A stretch of DNA of 64,000 nt. Origin: Styela clava. Lineage: Eukaryota. The notes below the pieces were generated by a model. It worked only from the letters and a program-made list of their open reading frames with translations, did not search any database and was not told the origin of the DNA. Below are positions 55,526 to 64,000 of this stretch, piece after piece. The DNA lies in contig NC_135255.1 of NCBI RefSeq assembly GCF_964204865.1, positions 7,564,001 through 7,628,000 on the forward strand, given 5' to 3'. Each line of letters begins with the position of its first letter. Position 1 is the first letter of the stretch. A program made the position numbers and the translations under genes.

Positions 55526-58500
55526 TTAATGATATTACAGTACTTTGTCATCGTCAATTATTATTTACTATAGTTAAACTTGGATAAAATGGTACGAATA
55601 TCTTCAGTGTTTGATTACAAGATAATGACCAGCAATTTACGACTTTTTTGTCATGTTTATTATGCTTGCAAATTTATATCGGAAAAGCTTGAACGAAATC
55701 GTATACAAATATTTATTTGACAGAGCCATGCTTGTGTCATACATTAGCTCAATTTGAGATTTACATTTTTTTCCCCATTTTATAAGTCTAAAATTTTATA
55801 ATATGTGCTTGCGGATGGATACTCATATGCTTCATTAGTAATTAATTACATTTTGTGTATATTTCCTTCTTTTTTGGTAATTTTTTTGTGGTTAGCATTG
55901 TTTGTCTAAACTCAAAATGCAAGCTTAAGTAGCAATGCAGTCCGAAGGATAAAACCGCCTTTCCCACGCGGTATGAACCTTTGCACCGGAACCGCATATC
56001 ACTATATTGATGTATTCCAGATTTGGGTGGGGCATATAAAACGTCCGGTGATGACGTCATACGGAAATTTACATCAAATCAACGAGCAAAACATATTGTT
56101 AGTCTTTTATACAAAAAATACAATTTTACATATGTGGTACATAGATAATAATAACTTCGAAGAACGATTTCTTCTTAACTCTGGCATGATGAAGTATAGT
56201 TTTCGAATAAACTTAACCGGAACGCTTTATACATTTTAACGCACGAACTTATCGTGGAAAACGCGCCTTATTTTTGGCTCGTTTTAGCCCTGTGTCAATC
56301 GTCAAGACATTCCTATAGCGCCGAATAGGCACGATGTCTTTTGATGTCCCAATGTTATGATAAGGCGTGACCGTATACCGTAGGGTTTAGATTGATGGCC
56401 GAATATTTTTCTGATATACTCAGTTGACATTTATTTTGCGTCCTCGAGAGTATTGAGTTAGACATATTAAAATGTTGTCTTATGCCACCAAAGCCAAAGA
56501 CAAGGACATGGTCACATGGCAATGATTTTCTCTATATCACACATTCATCACTAAAATATGTTTAATTAACGATCCCTATTGCATTGCGGAATTAAAGACT
56601 TGCAGCCTGTCATCAAAAGATTTCCAGGCAACTATTCTAATTGTTTATACCAACAACCATGAGATCGACTTTGGCGACTTATTTCAGCAGTCTAATATTA
56701 TGCAATCTGTGAAATGTTTGGCGGCTTGAAGTTCAATAAAATATACCGGTCACGACGAAGTTTAAATTAGTTAGGCATGATGAAAGAAGGGTGAATTGGA
56801 ATATGTGTCTTACGTAAACCTCGCCTTCCATTTATAGCATTCAACCTTTAGAATTTCCCAGTGGACCTCGTTATTATAAAACTGCGGTTATAGCAGGAAT
56901 TACATGGATTATAGAATGTATGACTCGTGGATAAGCAATGTTATTATTTTATAATTTATCGACTTACTGGTATGCTTCGAATGCTGTTCTAGATTTGGCA
57001 TGACAAGTTAAATACAGTCAAATACCATATAGATTTTCTTCATACGCACCACAGCGACAGTCGTAATCTAATAACAGATATCCCTAATGTCACGTTATCC
57101 GCAAATCTTAGACTCCTTTTCTCAATTCACATTCAGATTTTAAAACAAATACAATTGTTGACATATTAAGTTCTTTTTGTATTTAAACAAAAAATCACAA
57201 CTAATTGATTAACTTAAACATTCCGTATTGTATGACTTATCCTTTTTATGGCCGACATTAATTTATGGCACTGGTATCCAACGTCACTTCTTTACAGGAT
57301 TCGTTAAGTTTTACGTCAGCAATAGTTTTATGCTTTCGCATTCTGGGGAGAACTGTCAGCGGACGACTTCAACACAACGTCATAGAAATTCCAGCTTTTA
57401 AACAATCATATATCGTTTATTATTGGTCGAATTACTCTCAAATAAACGGAATAATCACAAAAGACCACTACGGCGTACAATCGTCATGTCCGTGAATAAA
57501 ATGCGTAATCGAGGTGGATGTTTACTCTTCACGAATTTCGTCTACAAGCTTTGTTGAAACTGGACGTTTTTACAAACATGATCATTCATACAAATGTGAG
57601 TATGGGTATTCTATGAACCATGCTTCTTAAAGCATTTCAAATTTTGGCAAGCTATGCTGATCTCGTCAAATATTTAACCACTTCCACCTGATGAAACTAT
57701 ACAGATGTCAGACGACCCTACCTACGTGAAATTGAATGCTTTCGAATCTCATTGTATTTTGAGACTTTTTGTGTTATACGTCACTCCCAAATCGACAATT
57801 GATTGTACATTGCTTGGTTCGCATACTGCATATTTTGAATGATTTTCAGCGTACAAGCGCGGTACGAAATCGCATTCAGTTTTTATTCTTCGGACTGTTA
57901 TGAGGTCCGATTATTTTAGTAAATGCATGAGTGAGCGGAAACTCAAATCTAACGGTAGAAACAAAATTATTGATTAGAGCTGAATTCTATTCCATATTAG
58001 CCTATTTTGTGTTTTTTGTTTTGTTTTTGTGAAAAGCACGTCTACTTTGAATACAAACTGCTCGTATATTGAGGTAAATTTAACTTTTTTTTATCAAAAC
58101 AGGTGTTGGTCTGTAATATACAAATTGTTTGTAGTAGGAAGCGCAAAACATCACAGTTAAACAAAAGCAGTTCAGAGAAAAATCCTGACTCAAAATTATA
58201 AAAATTGTTTTGAACATATTACGGTTAACCAGAGTTTTAAGAGTATGTAGTAAAGTCTAAGAACGCATTGACGTGATAACAGATTTGTAACGAGTAAATA
58301 ACTATTGAGTATACATTAATATAAATATTTGTTGGATTATCTGAAGTGGATTATATCAATGAACTCAAATGACATCAAATTCAATCGCTGTGGTAAAAGT
58401 TGCTCCAATTTGACGACTAATGTATAGGATTTTATGGAACATTTTATATCACTAATACTAAAAGTTATCATTGCATATATTAAGTATGCTGTCGCGTCAC

Positions 58501-61500
58501 TGTACAGGTTCCTAATTACTGACCGGTAATGTATTACGAGTTACCGTCAACGGGGCAACAAGACATACAACCTGACTGAAAATTTTTCCCAAAGTCAGAT
58601 GAATTCTCGGGTTTAAAACTCAGAGAAACAACTTCAATAAGAGGATTCCTCCAAATTATTAGTTTCACATGCTTCTGCTGCAAAAGGCGCAACGTGAAGA
58701 TATACGTAAAATAGACTATTGTTATATATATCGTGTGGGTTTGTGTTTTTATTTTATTTTTGTAAGTAAATATTAAGATAGTAAAGTAATTCAAAATGCA
58801 AGTAACATAATAAATTGTTATTCATATTTTTCTATGACGAGTGATAATTATTTGTAAAAAGATTATAACATCAAATGATTAATCAGCTACATTTTCGTAA
58901 TGAGTGACATTGACTTTCACAACAAGTTAGGGGATTTTTCGGAACATGTATCAGAAGTTACCAATATACGTATGACTTGTTTCTCCTTTTGTTAAATGCT
59001 GCCACCGTATACACAATCTTTCATTCTTGTTTTTCACAAGATAAAAGTTTTTTGCATTGTTTATGCCATACGTCATCATATTATTGTTCGATCGATTTAG
59101 TCATCCATCACTTTTATGACAAATCGTGCAACTAATTCGTTTAGTGAAGATCGCATTAAATGAAAAGAGAATACATCTAAATGTGTTGTTTATTTCAAAT
59201 AGGTTTAAGTCCGCTTTCAAGCAAGCAAGCCAGAGATTAAAATTAGAGCTTAATGTCAATTCCGGGCGTTTCGACTCTACTCGATTTTTTGATAATATTT
59301 GTCCGTTGAAATAATCAGTTCAAGCAAAACGTAAGCCCATCTACTAATTATCTACCAATATCATTTCCCCACGGAGACAAAAGTTTTAAAGTATATTTGA
59401 TCTCTCTGACAAAATTTAATGGAAATCAGTCACCATAACAGGGATCTTATGGATTATATATCGAGTTCATTCGAATGAATGATGTACTTGCATGGATTTG
59501 CCAAGTCTGCTGCATGGTTACAATCTCGGTTTTCAAAATAATTTTGAACTTGGCAGCAAAAGTCAAGTGAAACGCGTAACTGCACGCGGGGAACTACTAC
59601 TTCGCAATTATTGTCAAGTGCATGATAATTTTCTTCAAGTTTACTCCAATTAATTTGTCATTTTCGTGAGAAATCCTAATGAGGCAACAAACTTGCATAA
59701 AAACATGTTTCGGTAGCCATCAAAGTACTTGTGACTATTTACAAAAAACGCGAGTCAACTAGTATTTTGTGTACTTGAATATGTATACTGGACTGGAGTT
59801 TTGGTTGAAACGTTGGAATATTTGAAAAACCCCTACTTGTTTTTGAATAATGTCATCATCGTAAAATGTGAAAAATACGCTATGACACATTGTCAAAAAA
59901 TACTTGTTGTTACGGTTTGATATTATATTGTGCAATTCAATTATATGTGATATATGATAATGATTCATTTTACTGCAATTTTTTAATTGGCGAAAATAAA
60001 GTGGATGAATTCTGGATCGTCAAAAAAACGGCGATGATTGTGAAGTTCAAGAACTCTAAATCAAAAAAAAAAAAAATTTCCAAAATTGATACATAGGCCA
60101 AACACACAATAGGTTCTACGTCACGGGTCACATATTAAATCAAGACCATTGAGAGCATACAAGTTTAAATGGTTAAACTACATGACGTTTGTGCTCCAGC
60201 AATATTATTCGGGTCGTAAAATTGTTCTTGAGGGTTGGATTCTCACTTTTGTGTATTTTTTACCTTCCAAATGATAATTCTCCTTTGCCCATTATACAGT
60301 ACATTATAACATAAATACCAATTTTTCTTGTATTTTTTTAAGAATCGTGTTTGTTTGTTGCTCTTGAAGAATGTTCTAATTACCGATTCAGACATATTGT
60401 GACTGCAAACGATATGCAGTCGAAGATGGGCGGGTGTTCTTCATATAATATTCCTTATAGACCGTCACAATCATTGTATATCGCCGTGATCTTTTTTTTA
60501 CCGATTAGGCCTGCAAAAAGTATTCTCTTAAGTTGTAATGTACACTTGAGTTGATTCTATTGATGGCACATTTAAATGAGAATGAACAAATTCTCGAATC
60601 GGATAATTACAGGTAGTAGTAATGTGAAACATATAAAAAGTATCGGGTAACAATAATAGGATTTTGCCTATGAAATATAGCAAAAATTATTCAATATTGA
60701 GAGCGATCATGCAATTTAAACTCAATATATATCGTTTACCCTGCGTGGTGACGCATTTTTAGTTTCAACGAGCGAACCACGCCTTATTATCCAGATATCG
60801 ACACTTATTTAGTTATATGATGAAAGAGAGAAATTTTCTTCGTATCACTGTTTCTTCTAAATGCCTTAAAAACAACAATGTTTCGGATATGTCTTCAAAT
60901 GTCATATCCAACTATTTGGATGACGTAATTTGTATACTCAGTATATCACTACTGAACATATGAAAAGAGGATTAGCGATTTTCTCTAATGTTATGAAAGT
61001 TACTATTATATCACTTGAGTAGACTGTTTGTCTAAATCAGCCAAAATCTCCGACGAGACAGAGTAAGTGTCTAATGGCGACTTGAGACTCAATTATAATA
61101 ATTACAATATTAAACGCTAAGTGAGGCGAAATGCAAATTGCACTAAAACGTTGATTATTTTCCTATTTACTCATTGTAAAAGTATTTACGTCCACAAGTC
61201 GCGATTTTACTATTTACCGTTGGTTTTTAGGTAAAGTTTAGTAAATATATTTTATGAATTTTGCTAGAAATTGTAAGTAATTCAACAAATCGTTATATGT
61301 GCATTGCTATTGGAAATTCATTCCAGGTTTGAGTTTCCAATGCCTCCGCATACTTCTCCTTGGTTAGAATGTGTACCGTAAACCGAGTTTCTATAGTTTA
61401 ATTAAAGTAACGTTACCACAAAATATACAAATCATTATCAACAAAGCGCAACATATATATAGAATGATACATGAAGCATAATATGCTTATATATCATATT

Positions 61501-64000
61501 ATGATATCGCCCGGCGGAATAATCCAAGGATTATACTTCATTTGTTAGTTTTTATTCCAATTGAAACGTTCAGACCTAGCGATACAACACAAAGTGGGCG
61601 AAACGTCTTTTAACAACAACTTGATGTCGACTTGTCAGCCTTGATACATTATTCTCTTTTCATATATTGACCTCGAAATAATTCGATCTGGGGTCAGGCG
61701 TTCTGATGATTACATCTTAAATATTTGTTGTTTTGTGCTCTAAGTGGACTTTTGTTCTGGCGCAAAAAGAATTATGATCAATAGGTTTGCATGGAATGTG
61801 ACGGGGACTGTAACATAAAATGGTTCTTAGAATCACCACAATTCATCCACATACTAATGAAGAAAGTTTGAATCGAAATAACGGAGAGTTTTGGAAATTT
61901 TGACAAAAAGGAACATAAAGACTATTTTCACAATTGTTACAATTATGGCAATTTAAATTTTATCCCTTCGTGAGGTTCTAACTCTAGAAGTCTTTTTCAC
62001 AGTAAATTATGGAATATGGTTTAGGCGTGATCCACACGTTGATATCTTCAAGTAGACATGACAAGTTTCATCGCCTTTGTCAACATTCGCAAATACAGAT
62101 TTTATTGAAATTGTCTTATACCGAAGGCACGTGATTCCCCTATATTCAACGGAAGTGAAAATATGAAACATTTTCACACATTGCTAATCCTCAATTTATT
62201 GTTACGGTTAACCATATTGTTTCAAATACTATTTTCTTTTCATTTGTGCGGTCATGACGACATCGTGAAATAGAAACGTCGTATTGAGAAAACATGAATC
62301 ATTTAATCTAATGTTCCGGTCAAAAAAGTAGAGTAATGGTTTGAATGATTAGATATTTTTATATAATTTATCAAATTTATACTCTGTTAGTCACTGAACC
62401 ATGGAAAGTTTTGCAAAATTACATACATTACGTACTGAAATTTCATTGCATTATAGCTATTGGAACGGAAAGCCCTAAAAGCACGTTTGGTATGCGAATC
62501 AAACGCTTCAATCTTGGCACCAACATTATTCTTTCAAATCTCTGTAAAGTTGAATTAAATTTCATTGTGACTCAATATAGCATAAATTTTATTTGATATG
62601 TTCATATGTATTCGAATACGCCCGACTGCGTCTTAACGCTCGGTCCAACAATCTTCAGAAATTTGTCATGTTGGCAATTTGTAGTTTGCATTTTGCAAGA
62701 TGATAAAGATAATCGCCCAAGCGGTTAAATAACAATTTTTTATGTGAGCTTCATACATCCACGTCTTCCTGTGTTGGCGACTTAGTTAAATCCCAGCAGC
62801 TAATAATAGATCAATGCAACCGCGGAGTATTTCTCATCGATAATAAGATCAAAAACAATTTGGTTGTATCCTTGAAGCTATTGGTAACTATTAAGGTATG
62901 GGCATTGAATAAAGGATGTGCGTCTGAATAATATCTGAAATAATATTTATGAAAAAAGAATTTTCATCAAAATTGCATGAATTTTTCTAATTTATCTTAA
63001 CATACTTCGTCTTGTTTACCAGGCCAGATTACAAGTAGATTACTACTAGACCACGACAGCGCTAGATCATAACAAGCCGATAATTAGACGAAATTTTCTC
63101 CCGTGCTTCAATTTGGTTTAAAATTTACTTCAAAGTTAATCATTTTATTTAACCCTTTGACCTTCACTATGCAGCTACTGGGCGTTTTTGTTATTGTTGA
63201 TTGACAAGTTTAAGAAAATTGCCTCTGAAAAATTAATGTTTGTAAATAAAGCTAATGAGAAAATGTTTGGTCAATAGATGGATGAGGAAAATAAGCTGGA
63301 TAACAAATTTGGACAATTTGGTCCCTAACTAAAAAGTGGAGATTTCAATTAAAAGTACAGAAAGCGAATATTTTTAATTAGAATTAATTGTGGAAGGAAC
63401 CTCAAGTTTTCTATATCCGGTAACCGGTAGTAACAGCTTAACTGCGGACGAAGTGGTTTACCGTTCAAATTCTTCAAGGATTTTCTTTCGTTGTACTACA
63501 AATATTGATTATTTTTAGGCTCGAACGCCCAAAGTAGTATACAACAACTTTTGTCCGCATACAGTATATAGAAAAGATGTTTAGAACTTAACTGAATATT
63601 AACTTTAGTTTGAAAGCACACACGCTCTTTATTTAGACTTTGGATGCTATATCGCGCCATGAAATAAAAATAAAGAGTGGGACGATTTCGACTTGAAAAA
63701 TGAACACTCTTGCAACTATGCTATGTAAGTAAGAATTGCGAGTAAATGAAATGAACATTAAATATGAAACTTTATATATTTGTTTAATGTGTGAAACTGT
63801 GATTTCGTAAATTAAAAGCAGTGATTTATTATCAACACTACTTAATTAAATATATTAACCTGTCATCTTAAATACAACCTCATGCTGGTGAGACTTGGCC
63901 CATTGCAGCAGTTGATGCAATAAACAATAATATATAAAATTGTTTTTATTTGTTTTGATGTGTGATACCGATCATTTTTTAATTTGAAAGCAGTATCATT

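Noticed and set aside
63150-63170. TTAACCCTTTGA piggyBac-like terminus
   Set aside because: No partner TIR in the window; too short to call.

Overview
AT-rich eukaryotic genomic DNA from a compact animal genome. Short GT-AG introns, the gene content and the repeat types suggest an invertebrate chordate such as an ascidian; this is inference only. Two spliced protein-coding genes can be fully reconstructed. (1) A divergent 4-exon tetraspanin-like gene on + (14740-17111, ~493 aa) with a CCG/PxSCC/GC large extracellular loop and an unusually long C-terminal tail. (2) A 13-exon ADAMTS metalloprotease on - (40836-26743, ~1045 aa) with an ADAMTS1/4/5/8/15-like architecture and three TSR domains. 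The most striking non-genic structure is a transposon nest at 5811-12158. One hAT-type MITE contains a second hAT-type MITE. The inner one contains five copies of a Helitron/Helentron-type non-autonomous element (HINE/DINE-1-like), each with a 145+145-bp dimeric tandem repeat. These copies appear to have inserted into their own (TTA)n microsatellite and form two divergently oriented arrays, giving a multi-kb quasi-palindrome. The window also holds other hAT and piggyBac-like MITEs, small hairpin elements, a CpG-depleted segment (1-~5100) with decayed coding-like sequence, and ~23 kb with no recognisable gene upstream of ADAMTS. No rRNA, tRNA, CRISPR or autonomous transposase/RT ORF was found.
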